Origin: Candidatus Eiseniibacteriota bacterium
GTDB lineage: Bacteria; Eisenbacteria; RBG-16-71-46; CAIMUX01; VGJL01
Direction of reading: 5' to 3'
DNA length: 64,000 nt
Assembly: GCA_963792585.1 (NCBI GenBank)
Contig: CAWBWI010000001.1
Coordinates: forward strand, 448,001-512,000
In this document: in pieces, positions 47,727-59,134 of the stretch
Numbering within the stretch: position 1 is the first letter of the stretch
How the letters are laid out: the number at the start of each line of letters is the position of its first letter
Program-made: the position numbers and the translations under genes
The notes under the pieces: generated by a model
Database searches by the model: none
The model's input: only the letters and a program-made list of their open reading frames with translations
What the model was told of the DNA's origin: nothing

Positions 47727-48776
47727 ATGCTGTGCGCGCTCCTCCTCTGCCCGACGAGCAGCCGGGGAACTCTCCTGCGCGCGAATGCCGGGTGGGGGTG
47801 GGACGACAACGCGCGAGAGGCGATGCTCCGCCAGGAATTCATCTCCGATCGCTTCTTCCGTCTCGCCGCCGAAGGAACCCCGGATCCGCTGCGATGGCGC
47901 CGCTCTTCCGCCGGCATCCGTCTCCGCGGTCTCATGGAGCAGTACGATCGCCTCGCCACCGAGACCCGCTATCAGGGGGACGCGACCCTGGATCTTCAGC
48001 AGGGAATGTTTCGGGGGATCACGGGCTGGGGGTCGGGCTGGATCGAGGGGCGGACCTACCCCGATTCGCTCCGGCGCAGCTTCGTCCGCGGATCGTTCGC
48101 CGGAGGCGTGCGCGCGCCATTCCGGGGCGGGTCGATCGGGCTCGGGGGCGCCGCGCGCGAGATCGATTATCACCGCACCCCGGGCGTCGACCGGCGCAGC
48201 GGTGCGGTGACGCTCGAGTATCGCAGGCCCCTCCGGCATTCCCTGGACGGAAAGCTCTCGGTGGAATTCGAGACGGTGCGGTGGGACCGTCCGGCGATCC
48301 GCCGTACGGGACCCGACCTGTTCGACACGACCGGTCACCAGAGGGATCGCGGGCGCCAGTTCGACGTGGGACTGCGATACCTCCGGGGTTGGTTGTTCGA
48401 GGCGTCTGTGGGAATCGAGTCGATCCGATCCAACTCGTTCGGGTATTCGATTCGCAGGACGAGCCTGGAAGGCGGGGTGACAGGCTGGGTCCCGGGATCG
48501 GTTCTCGTTCAGCTGCGGGGCCGGGTCGAGTCGGTGAAGTACCGAGATCCCGGACTGGACAGGGTCTACATCTTGCCGGCGGGGGAGGATCTCGAAGCAG
48601 CGAAGGACAACAACATCCTGACGCTCCGCCTCCGGCGGGCGCTGCTCCGTCAGGTCGCGCTGGAAGCTCGTTCCTCCTGGTTTCGCAACGAGTCGCTTCT
48701 CGTCGGATATCACTACCGAAAGGCGCTCGCGACCATTGGGCTCGTCTGGACGCCTATCGGGGCGTCCGATTTCTGA
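47727..48776 (+). CDS. Putative outer-membrane beta-barrel protein
   Basis: Signal-like N-terminus; GWGWDDN first strand; alternating beta-strand pattern; terminal Phe; start uncertain. Confidence 0.58.
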   Translation: MLCALLLCPTSSRGTLLRANAGWGWDDNAREAMLRQEFISDRFFRLAAEGTPDPLRWRRSSAGIRLRGLMEQYDRLATETRYQGDATLDLQQGMFRGITGWGSGWIEGRTYPDSLRRSFVRGSFAGGVRAPFRGGSIGLGGAAREIDYHRTPGVDRRSGAVTLEYRRPLRHSLDGKLSVEFETVRWDRPAIRRTGPDLFDTTGHQRDRGRQFDVGLRYLRGWLFEASVGIESIRSNSFGYSIRRTSLEGGVTGWVPGSVLVQLRGRVESVKYRDPGLDRVYILPAGEDLEAAKDNNILTLRLRRALLRQVALEARSSWFRNESLLVGYHYRKALATIGLVWTPIGASDF

Positions 48777-48846
48777 TGCGGCTCTCGATGGGAATTCGAA
48801 AACCTGATGGACGGTTGCGCGGGGCTCCGGGAGTCAGGTCCAGGGA

Positions 48847-48860
48847 CATGTTCGAACATG
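48847..48860. promoter_or_regulatory. Perfect 14-bp palindrome CATGTTCGAACATG (candidate operator or enhancer)
   Basis: Self-complementary and intergenic. Confidence 0.5.
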
Positions 48861-48904
48861 AAGAATGACAGTCGGTTATGCGAATTCCCCTCAGTTTGGC
48901 GCCA

Positions 48905-48920
48905 TGGCACGGATCCGGCA
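48905..48920 (+). promoter_or_regulatory. Candidate sigma54 -24/-12 promoter
   Basis: TGGCACG-GATC-CG-GCA with GG-N10-GC spacing; the TT before -12 is not matched. Confidence 0.45.
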
Positions 48921-48934
48921 ATAGGAGAACGTCG

Positions 48935-49819
48935 ATGAGATACATCCACTCCATACCCGCGGCAGCAAGAGCCTCCGCAATCCTTGGCCTAGGGCTCCTA
49001 GCACTGGGCTTCCTGGCGGGCTGCTCGGGGGACGGACCGACGGCTCCGGGACGGACTTGGGAAGAGGTCCGGTATCACTGGAGCGCGGGCCAAGGCGGAG
49101 AGAGCCACGGCGACCTGGTCGTCGGTTCCTCCGGGGAGATGGTGTGGAACCTGCAAGGGGAAAGGGCGCCGGATCGGGGCCTCCTGGCGGGTGGGAACCT
49201 GGAGACGCTCACCTGTCTTATCGACGCCCTGCCCCCTGCGGGATACCACGGCCTCCACGATTGCGATCGGACCTTCTTCGTCACCGTCACGACCGGCGGT
49301 GCGCAGCGGTCCTACAGTGCGGGCGCGTGCGATGACGCCGCTCCGGCGTCCCTACGCTCCCTGGCAGCGAATCTCGACGCCCTCGTCAGCGAGGCGACGA
49401 GCCACCGGACGACTGTGGTACCTTTCCGCGTTCTCGCGAGCGGGCTCCAGAGTCGTGTGGTGACGGAAGGCCGCCGTGTGGCAGCCAATCGGGACCAGCT
49501 CCTGTCGATGATGGATCTTTTGGGAAGCGACCGGCCCGCAGCGATCGGCGCCGTCGATTTCCGGAAGGAGATCGTCGTCGGCGTGTTCCTGGGTACCCGC
49601 GCATCTACGGGCTACGCGGTGGACGTCACCGCGGCATACCGGACCGAGAACGGAAAGCTGGTTCTCGTAGAGAACTGGACCGAGCCGGGATCGAATTGCT
49701 CCCTCGCCGCGCAGGTGACGAAGCCGTTCGTACTGCTCGCCGTGACGGCCGGTGCTGGGGAAGACTTTGTCAGCGAAGTGGAGCGCACGATCCGCGATTG
49801 CGGCGCGGGGGCTCCATGA
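48935..49819 (+). CDS. Lipoprotein with PrcB C-terminal-like domain
   Basis: Lipobox FLAGC; VDFRKEIVVGVFLG...TGYAVDV...AQVTKPFVLL; SD AGGAG. Confidence 0.72.
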   Translation: MRYIHSIPAAARASAILGLGLLALGFLAGCSGDGPTAPGRTWEEVRYHWSAGQGGESHGDLVVGSSGEMVWNLQGERAPDRGLLAGGNLETLTCLIDALPPAGYHGLHDCDRTFFVTVTTGGAQRSYSAGACDDAAPASLRSLAANLDALVSEATSHRTTVVPFRVLASGLQSRVVTEGRRVAANRDQLLSMMDLLGSDRPAAIGAVDFRKEIVVGVFLGTRASTGYAVDVTAAYRTENGKLVLVENWTEPGSNCSLAAQVTKPFVLLAVTAGAGEDFVSEVERTIRDCGAGAP

Positions 49820-49983
49820 ATCCGATGTTCGACAGGCCTGCGAGGCAAAGCGCCGGACAGGTCGGGGACGCGGCTGGAAGGACCGGAACAGCTGATCTGA
49901 CGGGATCAAGGCGATTCCTCGGACGACTCATTCCGCTCCACTCGAGGGCTTGCACAACCTAGAAGAGGGGATCACCTTCCGGC

Positions 49984-50544
49984 CTACCCTATGGGCGCGG
50001 GATCCGAGGAATCGGGTCCCGCGTCTTCGTCTTGAGATCCGTCGAGCCGGAACTCCTGCCGAGCGCGCCGCGCCGCTTCGGTAAAGGTGCGTACGATGGC
50101 CACCGAGTGAGTCGCGTTCCAGAAGATGCGGTTACAGCGAGGGCAGGTTCGGTAATGGGTCTGCGTCCGCGCGACGAACTCAGGGACGCGCTCGCGCGCC
50201 CACTCGACCGAGGCCGGGAGGAGCGCCTCGTTGCAGTCCGCGCATCGGCTGAATGGATCCGCAGTGGCGAAGATCGGCCAGGCGCCGGCGATCTCGACGA
50301 GCTGATCGATCAGGCCGTCCGAGTGCAGGACCCGTCCTCCCGAAGGAGGAAGCACGAGGCCCCGCTTCCCAAGTTCTCTGGATCGGGTCAGGAGGCAGCG
50401 TCCCTCTTCTCGAGCCCGCCCCAGCGCCGCCTCGAGTCCGTCTCCCTGGCGCCACGCCGCGTCGTGGCCGAGCAGCCGCAACCAGCGGGCCAGGCGTCCC
50501 AGGGAGCTGTCGAGGGAGAAACGAACGACACTGTTCTGGTTCAC
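49984..50544 (-). CDS. Mut7-C (PIN-like RNase plus Zn ribbon) domain protein
   Basis: RF.LD..LGRLARWLRLLGHD, LLTR, FSRCADCN, CPRCNRIFW..TH. Confidence 0.85.
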   Translation of the reverse strand: MNQNSVVRFSLDSSLGRLARWLRLLGHDAAWRQGDGLEAALGRAREEGRCLLTRSRELGKRGLVLPPSGGRVLHSDGLIDQLVEIAGAWPIFATADPFSRCADCNEALLPASVEWARERVPEFVARTQTHYRTCPRCNRIFWNATHSVAIVRTFTEAARRARQEFRLDGSQDEDAGPDSSDPAPIG

Positions 50545-50592
50545 GGGGGGCAGGCTAGCACGAGAAGGGAATCGGTGGAACCTCTTCCCGCA

Positions 50593-50622
50593 TTGACAGC
50601 AACCTCCCAGGTCTCCTACTTT
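50593..50622 (+). promoter_or_regulatory. Putative sigma70 promoter for the scpA operon
   Basis: TTGACA-N18-TACTTT. Confidence 0.6.
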
Positions 50623-50653
50623 GCCGCTGAGGCGTTCCATCCCCGGGAGGCAC

Positions 50654-51577
50654 ATGACGGAAGGGGTAGTCTATTCGGGAGTCGACCCGGCCCAGTTCAA
50701 GGGCCACCCGGTCGACCTCGAGGTCTTCTCTGGACCCCTCGATCTCCTGCTCCATCTCGTCCAGAAGGAGAGGATCGAGATATGGGACATTTCCATCTCC
50801 CGGATCACCGAGCAGTACCTGGCCCACCTCCGTTCCCTCGAGGCGCTCAACGTGGAGATCGCGGGGGAGTTCCTCGTGATGGCGGCCTCCCTGATGCGGA
50901 TCAAGAGCCAGCAGCTCCTGCCGCGCCCCATCTTCGCGACGGAGGACGCCGATGGGATGCCGGTCACCCGGGACGGGCTCATCCAGAAGCTCCTCGAGTA
51001 CCGGCGTTACCGGGAGGCTGCGGCCTCGCTCCGGACGCTCGAAGAGCAGCGGGCGCGTTGCCTCCCGCGCGGCTATACGCCGGGGCTTCCGAGCGATCAC
51101 CTCTATCCTCTGCGCGAGGCGAGGGTGACCGATCTGGCGACCTACCTCCGCGAAGTGGTTCAGCGGGAGCGTTCGGCTCCCCTTCACGAGGTGCACCTCG
51201 AGGAGATCCGCCTCGAGGATCAGATCGCGCACATCGTCCTCACGCTCGCGGAGCGCGAGGGACCGATACGATTCACGGAGTTGCTGCGCCGCCCCCATAT
51301 TCGGCTCGAGTGGATCGTGACCTTCCTGGCGCTGCTCGAACTCGTTCGGCAGAGAAGCATCTCCGTCCTGCAGGAAGTGCCCTTCGGAGAGATCTGGATC
51401 GCTCCGGCTCCTCCGCCTGAAGCTGCCGTGAACGAGGAGCCGAACGGAACGGAAGGACTTGCGGAGACGCCGCCAACCGAGACGGGCGTCGAGCCCGCTG
51501 AGTCGGTGATCGGCGGCGATCCCGGCGACGCCGGCAGCGCGGTGCAACCCGAGGAACCCAGGGAAGGAGTTTCGTGA
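50654..51577 (+). CDS. scpA: Segregation and condensation protein A
   Basis: FSGPLDLLLHL, AGEFLVMAA.L.RIKS, VTFLALLEL. Confidence 0.95.
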   Translation: MTEGVVYSGVDPAQFKGHPVDLEVFSGPLDLLLHLVQKERIEIWDISISRITEQYLAHLRSLEALNVEIAGEFLVMAASLMRIKSQQLLPRPIFATEDADGMPVTRDGLIQKLLEYRRYREAAASLRTLEEQRARCLPRGYTPGLPSDHLYPLREARVTDLATYLREVVQRERSAPLHEVHLEEIRLEDQIAHIVLTLAEREGPIRFTELLRRPHIRLEWIVTFLALLELVRQRSISVLQEVPFGEIWIAPAPPPEAAVNEEPNGTEGLAETPPTETGVEPAESVIGGDPGDAGSAVQPEEPREGVS

Positions 51578-51578
51578 C

Positions 51579-52286
51579 ATGCTGCAGAGGATTCTCGAAG
51601 CGATTCTCTTCGCCGCCGACGGACCGTTGACGATCGAGCAGATCGCGGCCACCGTTCCGGACGTCGGCGCTGACGAGATCCTCTCGACGTTCGACCGGAT
51701 GCGCGACGCCTACGAAACCGAGGGGCGCGGGTGGCGGCTGGAGCCCGTGGCGGGCGGCTGGCAGCTGCTGTCGCATCCGGAGATGTATCCGTACGTCGAA
51801 CGCTTCCTCGAGGGTCGACGCCGTGCCCGACTCTCCCGCGCGGCGCTCGAGACTCTGGCCGTCGTCTCCTACAGGCAGCCGATCACGCGCGGTGAGCTCG
51901 AGGACATTCGCGGCGTCGACTGCGGCGCGGTGCTCCACACGCTGATCGAGCGCGACCTGGTGAGAATCAGCGGACGGGCGCCGACGATCGGCAGGCCCCT
52001 GTTCTACGGGACCACGGAGCGTTTCCTCGAGCACTTCGGTCTGGGTTCGCTGAGCGATCTCCCGCGCTTGGAGGAAATCGAGGCGCTCTGGGCCTCCGAG
52101 GAGGTGCGCACGCAACTCGAGGCCGAACTTGAAAAGCGCTTCGCGGACGTGCTGGCGTCCGCGGGGAACGGCGGCAACGGCGGTGGCAACGGCAATGGCG
52201 ATTCCCAGGCGGCGGACGCCGCCGTCGAGTCGGATCCGGAAGAGGAACCTTCGGCGGTCGACGCCGACACTTCCTCCGAAAGGTGA
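51579..52286 (+). CDS. scpB: Segregation and condensation protein B
   Basis: LEAILF, LSRAALETLA..YRQPITR, IRGVD, GRP..YGTT..FL.HFGL. Confidence 0.96.
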   Translation: MLQRILEAILFAADGPLTIEQIAATVPDVGADEILSTFDRMRDAYETEGRGWRLEPVAGGWQLLSHPEMYPYVERFLEGRRRARLSRAALETLAVVSYRQPITRGELEDIRGVDCGAVLHTLIERDLVRISGRAPTIGRPLFYGTTERFLEHFGLGSLSDLPRLEEIEALWASEEVRTQLEAELEKRFADVLASAGNGGNGGGNGNGDSQAADAAVESDPEEEPSAVDADTSSER

Positions 52287-52290
52287 CGCC

Positions 52291-53025
52291 GTGAGGCTGA
52301 ACCGCTTTCTCGCCTTGGCGGGCCTCGGGGCGCGGCGCAAGTGCGAGACGCTCATCCGCGAAGGCCGCATCGAGGTCAACGGCGAGACCGTCGACTCGCT
52401 CGGCGTGCAGGTCGATCCCGATCGCGATCGTATCGAGTGCGACGGAGAACGTCTGCGGCCGCCGCGCGTCCTGCTCTATTCCGTGATGTTCAAGCCGTCC
52501 GGATTCACGGTCACCGCATCCGACGAGCGGGGGCGCCCCACGGTCTACGATCTGCTTCCCGAGCGGCTGCAGGGGAAGCTGCGCGCGGTGGGCAGGCTCG
52601 ATCAGGGGAGCGAGGGACTGCTCCTCTTCACCAACGATGGCGAATTCGCGAACGCCCTGCTGCACCCGCGCTCGCAGGTCGCGCGGACCTACGTCGCATG
52701 GGTCACGCCCCCGCCCGACCGCGAGGCGATGCACAAGCTGCGCACCGGCGTGCCGCTCGGCCGCGGCGAACGCAGCGCTCCGGCGGACGCGCGCGTGATG
52801 GGGTCCAAGGCCGGCACGGCGCGCGTGCGCCTCACCATCCGCGAGGGGAAGAACCGTGAGGTCCGCCGCATGTTCAAGGCGGTCGGCCATCGGGTCCTTG
52901 CCCTGCGCCGGATCGAATTCGGAGGTCTCGGCCTCGGCACCCTCAAGCCGGGACAGGTGCGCGCGCTCCTACCCGCGGAGATCGCGGCACTCCGGAAGGC
53001 GGCCGGCGTCGCGCGGGAGGATTGA
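52291..53025 (+). CDS. rluB: 23S rRNA pseudouridine synthase, RluB/RsuA family
   Basis: S4 domain RLNRFLA..G..ARR; VGRLD; GLLLFTNDG; EGKNREVRRM. Confidence 0.88.
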   Translation: MRLNRFLALAGLGARRKCETLIREGRIEVNGETVDSLGVQVDPDRDRIECDGERLRPPRVLLYSVMFKPSGFTVTASDERGRPTVYDLLPERLQGKLRAVGRLDQGSEGLLLFTNDGEFANALLHPRSQVARTYVAWVTPPPDREAMHKLRTGVPLGRGERSAPADARVMGSKAGTARVRLTIREGKNREVRRMFKAVGHRVLALRRIEFGGLGLGTLKPGQVRALLPAEIAALRKAAGVARED

Positions 53026-53028
53026 CCG

Positions 53029-54105
53029 GTGGGTCTGGACGATCTCCGGCGCTCGATCGACGATCTCGACGGCCGGATCGTGCGTCTGCTCGCCGACCGG
53101 CTGGAGGTCGCGCGCCGCATCGGCGAGGAAAAGCGCGGCCGGGGGGCCTCATCCTACGATCCCGTCCGCGAACGGCAGGTGCTGGAGCGGCTCGTGCGCG
53201 AAGCCGGCGGGCGGTTTCCCGCCGAGGGGCTGCGGGCGATCTATCGCGAGATCATCTCGGCCAGCCGCGCCCTGGAGACGAATCGTCCCGTCCACTTCCT
53301 GGGCGCCCCCGCGAGCCTCGCCCACCAGGCCGCGCGCGAGCGCTTTGGAGAGTCCGCGAGCCTGGCCCCGTCGAGTTCCGCGGCTGCCATCTTCGATCGA
53401 CTCGGCGCCGGCGAGGTCGAGTATGCGGTCCTGAGCCTCGAAGCGGCGTCCCTCGAATCGCACCTCGATCGACTCGATCTCTTCTTCCACTCGCAGGTCC
53501 AGATCTTTGGCGAGTTCTACGTCTCTCCCCGGATCGCGCTGTACGCTCCTGCGGGCGGATCGACCACGACGGTCCTCGCGCATCCCGCCGCGCTGGTGCG
53601 TTGTTCCCGTTGGGTCGAGGAGGAGGGGGCGACGCGGAAGTTCATTGCGGTCGGCGCCCCCGAAGAAGCGGGCGCCCGCGCCGTGGTGGAGGGTTGCGCC
53701 GCCCTCGGCTATGCCGTCATCGCGGGCCTGCACGACCTTGCGCCCGTAGCGATCGACCTGGAGGACGAGCCGCGCCTGTTCCGGCGATTCCTGATCCTGG
53801 GTATGGGCGACGGCGCGCGCTCCGGGCGGGACAAGACGTCCCTGGTCGCGGTCATTCCCAACAAGCCCGGCGGCCTGGAGAGGGTGGCCGGCGCCCTCGC
53901 GGCGAATGAGGTCAACCTCTGCTGGATCGAGCCCAAGGTAACCGCGATCGGCGCGTGGGATCACATCTTCTTCCTCGACCTGGAGGGGCACCGCTCCGAT
54001 CCGTCCGTCGAGAAAGCTCTCGAGGCGCTGCGCGGATGCACCGACTGGATGAAGGTCCTTGGTTCGTATCCGAGCGAGCGGCCGCCCGGCCGGACATTCG
54101 GATGA
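53029..54105 (+). CDS. pheA: Chorismate mutase/prephenate dehydratase-like P-protein (PDT motifs degenerate)
   Basis: AroQ LR..ID..D..IV.LL..R...IG..K, YDPVRE, IYREIISASR; PDT-like middle; DKTSL ACT domain; VLGSYP. Confidence 0.8.
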   Translation: MGLDDLRRSIDDLDGRIVRLLADRLEVARRIGEEKRGRGASSYDPVRERQVLERLVREAGGRFPAEGLRAIYREIISASRALETNRPVHFLGAPASLAHQAARERFGESASLAPSSSAAAIFDRLGAGEVEYAVLSLEAASLESHLDRLDLFFHSQVQIFGEFYVSPRIALYAPAGGSTTTVLAHPAALVRCSRWVEEEGATRKFIAVGAPEEAGARAVVEGCAALGYAVIAGLHDLAPVAIDLEDEPRLFRRFLILGMGDGARSGRDKTSLVAVIPNKPGGLERVAGALAANEVNLCWIEPKVTAIGAWDHIFFLDLEGHRSDPSVEKALEALRGCTDWMKVLGSYPSERPPGRTFG

Positions 54106-55410
54106 GCGCCGGGGCCGGCCCGCCCATCGTTGCGCGTCCCTGCGGCGCCCTTCGCGGCAACCTGCGTCCGATCGGCGACAAGTCGCTCACGCACCGCTCC
54201 CTGATCCTCGCCGCCCTCGCGAGCGGGCGATCGGTCATCCGGGGGGCGAACCCGGGAGAGGACTGCGCGGCCACCGCCGGCGCCCTGGCGCGCCTCGGCG
54301 CCGGCGTCCGGGGCGCCCGTGACGAATGGGAGATCGAGGGGGTCCGGGCCCTGCGCGACGCGGACGACGTGATCGATTGCGGAAACGCGGGCACGGGGAT
54401 CCGGCTCTTGACGGGCCTGGTCGCGGGACAATCGGTCTATGCCGTGCTCACCGGGGATTCCTCGCTGCGCGGCCGGCCGATGAAGAGGATCGCCGAGCCG
54501 CTGCGCGCGATGGGCGCGGAGATCTGGCTACGGGAGGACTCCTTCCCGCCGATCGCGGTGCGCGGCGCGCCGCCGAGGCCGATTCACTACACGATGCCCG
54601 TGGCCAGCGCACAGGTGAAAGGCTCGATTCTCCTCGCCGGGCTCGGCCTGCGGGAGGGGGAGATCGCGATCGACGAGCCGGGTCCCAGCCGAGATCACAC
54701 GGAGCGTCTCCTGGCGTGGCTGGGCTATCCGATCCGCACCGCGGGCGCATGCGTCACCATGACCGGCTCCACGAAAGGCCACGATGCGTTTTCCTGGACG
54801 GTTCCCGCGGACATCTCCGCGGCGGCGTTCTGATCTCGTGGCCGGTTCGATCACCGCGCGCGCGGATCTTCTCCTGGAGGGTGTCCTGCTGAATCCGACG
54901 CGGACCGGCGTGATCGACGTTCTCCGCTCGATGGGAGCCGCAATCGACGTCGAGCCTTCCGACGATGCCGGCCCGGAACCGACCGGGAGTCTTCGCGTGC
55001 GCGCATCGGCGCTCCACGGCGTCACGGTCGCGGGTTCGCTCACGATCCGCGCGCTCGACGAGGTACCGATCCTCGCGGTCGCGGCCGTCGCGGCGGAAGG
55101 GGAGACGGTGATCCGCGACGCGCGCGAGCTGCGCGTCAAGGAATCGGACCGAATCGAGTCCACCGCCGCGCTCGCCCGTGCACTGGGAGCGACGGTGGAG
55201 ACGGGGCCCGATTGGATCGCGATTCGCGGCTGCGGCGGCATTCGCGGCGGCCGCGTCGAGACATGCGGGGATCACCGCATCGCGATGAGCGCGTTGGTGG
55301 CGGGGTGCGCATCGCGCGAAGGGGTCGTGATCGACTGCGGCGACTCGATCGCGACATCGGATCCGTCGTTTCTCGAGGGATTGGCGCGTCTTGGGGCGGA
55401 ATTCTCGTGA
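54102..55410 (+). CDS. aroA: EPSP synthase (frameshift near 54832)
   Basis: GDKSLTHR, DCGNAGT, GDSSLRGRPM, ASAQVK, RDHTER, DIS.AAF, ELRVKESDR, DHRIAM. Confidence 0.95.
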
Positions 55411-56698
55411 AACGCCATCCGATCCTCGCGATCGACGGCCCAGCGGGGACCGGCAAGACGACGAGCGCTTCCGAGGTCGCCCGCAGGCTCGGCTTCACCT
55501 ACATCGACTCGGGCGCCCTCTATCGGGCGATCGCCGTCGCGGCGATCGAGCGGGGGATCGTCGACGCCGATTCTCCGGAGTGGGGAGCGCTCCTCGCCGA
55601 TCTGCCGGTGCGCGCGCGCCTCTCCGCGGAGAGGTTTCGCGTCTATCTGGGGGAAAGGGAGATCACCGGCGAGCTCCGTTCGCCCGAGGTCAGCTCCCTC
55701 GCCTCGAAGATCGCGATCCGCTCGGACGTGCGCGGTCGGGTAGGGACCTGGCTGCGCGAACTGGCGAGGCAGGGCCCGGCGGTGATCGAGGGGCGCGACA
55801 TCGGAACCGCCGTATTCCCCGACGCCGAGATGAAGGTCTTCCTCACCGCGAGCCTGACGGAGCGCGCGCGACGCAGGGCGCTCGAGCTCGCGGCGAAGGG
55901 GCTGCCCTCGAGCGAGGACGACGTGGCCCGCCAGATCGCGGAGCGCGACAGTCGCGACGCCGGGCGCGCCGTGGCCCCGCTCCGGCAAGCCCCCGAGGCG
56001 GTCGCGATCGACACCACGGAGACGGACATCGACGGCCAGGTCCGGAAGATCCTCGTGGCCTGGGACGAACGGGTCGCCCCGCGAATCCGTATCCCCTACG
56101 CCTTCGAGCAGTTCCTATTCCGCTCCATCGCTCGGGTCCTCTGGGGACTGCGGATCGAGGGGGCGGAGAACGTGCCGCGCCATGGGGCGGTGATCATCGC
56201 GTCGAACCACAAATCGTACTTCGATCCGCTCCTCGTCGGGGGCGCCTGCCGGCGCGAGATCCACTACATGGCGAAGAAGGAGCTGTTCGCCACGCGCTTG
56301 GGAAGGTGGTGGATGCGCTCGAGCAACGCGATCCCGGTCGCGCGCTCGGGTTTCGACAAGAACGCCATCGAGTCGGCCCTCGCCGCGCTTCGAGGGGGGG
56401 CCGCGCTGCTGGTCTTCCCCGAGGGGACCCGGATCCGGCGCAAGGGGTTGGGGCCCGCGCGGGAGGGGATCGCCCTTCTGGCCGCGCGGGGGAACGTTCC
56501 GATCGTCCCGGTGCACCTGAAGGGGACCTGGTCGGAGGAGCGGAAGATGTTTCCCGGAGCGGGATCCGGGTCCGCTTCGGCAGACCTTTCCGGCTCGATC
56601 CGGTGCCGCCTGGCAAGGCGGGCAGGGACCGCTTTCCGGAAGTAGCGACGCGGATCATGGCCGAGATCGCGGCGACGGGGGGCGAGGAATCCGCTTGA
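55407..56698 (+). CDS. cmk: Cytidylate kinase fused to 1-acyl-sn-glycerol-3-phosphate acyltransferase (frameshift near 56550)
   Basis: AIDGPAGTGK, IDSGALYR, EGRDIGTAVFP, RD..D; then in frame NHKSYFD and FPEGTR. Confidence 0.88.
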
Positions 56699-56800
56699 GC
56701 CCTGGGCCCGGTATCCTCTAGCATCTCATCCTTGTAGCCGGTCCCGGATTGGCTATACGGCCTTGCGCCGGATTCTATCCCCTAAGGAGGTCAGAGTTTC

Positions 56801-58630
<1,830 letters not shown>

Positions 58631-58777
58631 GAGTCCCGACCCGGAGCGCCGTAGATCGGGGGCGCGCGTTCGCAATCGGGCCGCGCCGCCCGTGCGGGCT
58701 TGAATCCGCTCTTGCGGCTCTCGAGCGCGGGCGATCCTAAGATGGGGCGGCTTCGACAAGGCCGGGGAGGTGAACCG

Positions 58778-59134
58778 GTGTCCTTCGTCAAGCTCCTGCT
58801 GGGGATCGTCTTCATGAGCGGCGATCTTGTTCTTCGCCGTTCTCAATCTCGAGGAGACGGTCGACGTGCAGCTCTGGGCCGATGTCGGCCCACACCTACC
58901 GCGACGTTCCGTTCGTCGTGGCGATGTTCTGTGCCTATCTCCTGGGAATCGTGACCTACTTCGTGATCACCGTCGCGCGCGACATCCGCGCGCGCGACGG
59001 AGGTGCTGACAGCTCCAGACGGAGAACCGGTCGCTCCTGGACGAGGTCCATCAACTTGCGCGGTTCCGTTCTCGACGATCTTCCACCGTCGAAGATCGCG
59101 GGCTTCCGAGGCTCCCGAAGGACGGACCGAGTGA
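58778..59134 (+). CDS. lapA: LapA-like small membrane protein (frameshifted)
   Basis: TM-FFAVLN..TVDVQ-TM(AYLLG) followed by coiled coil; directly upstream of the LapB-like gene. Confidence 0.6.

Noticed and set aside
49816..49983. 48-codon ORF or c-di-GMP-I riboswitch-like GGCAAA...GACGC
   Set aside because: Lacks the GNRA loop and second stem, lies between convergent genes, and the peptide has no features
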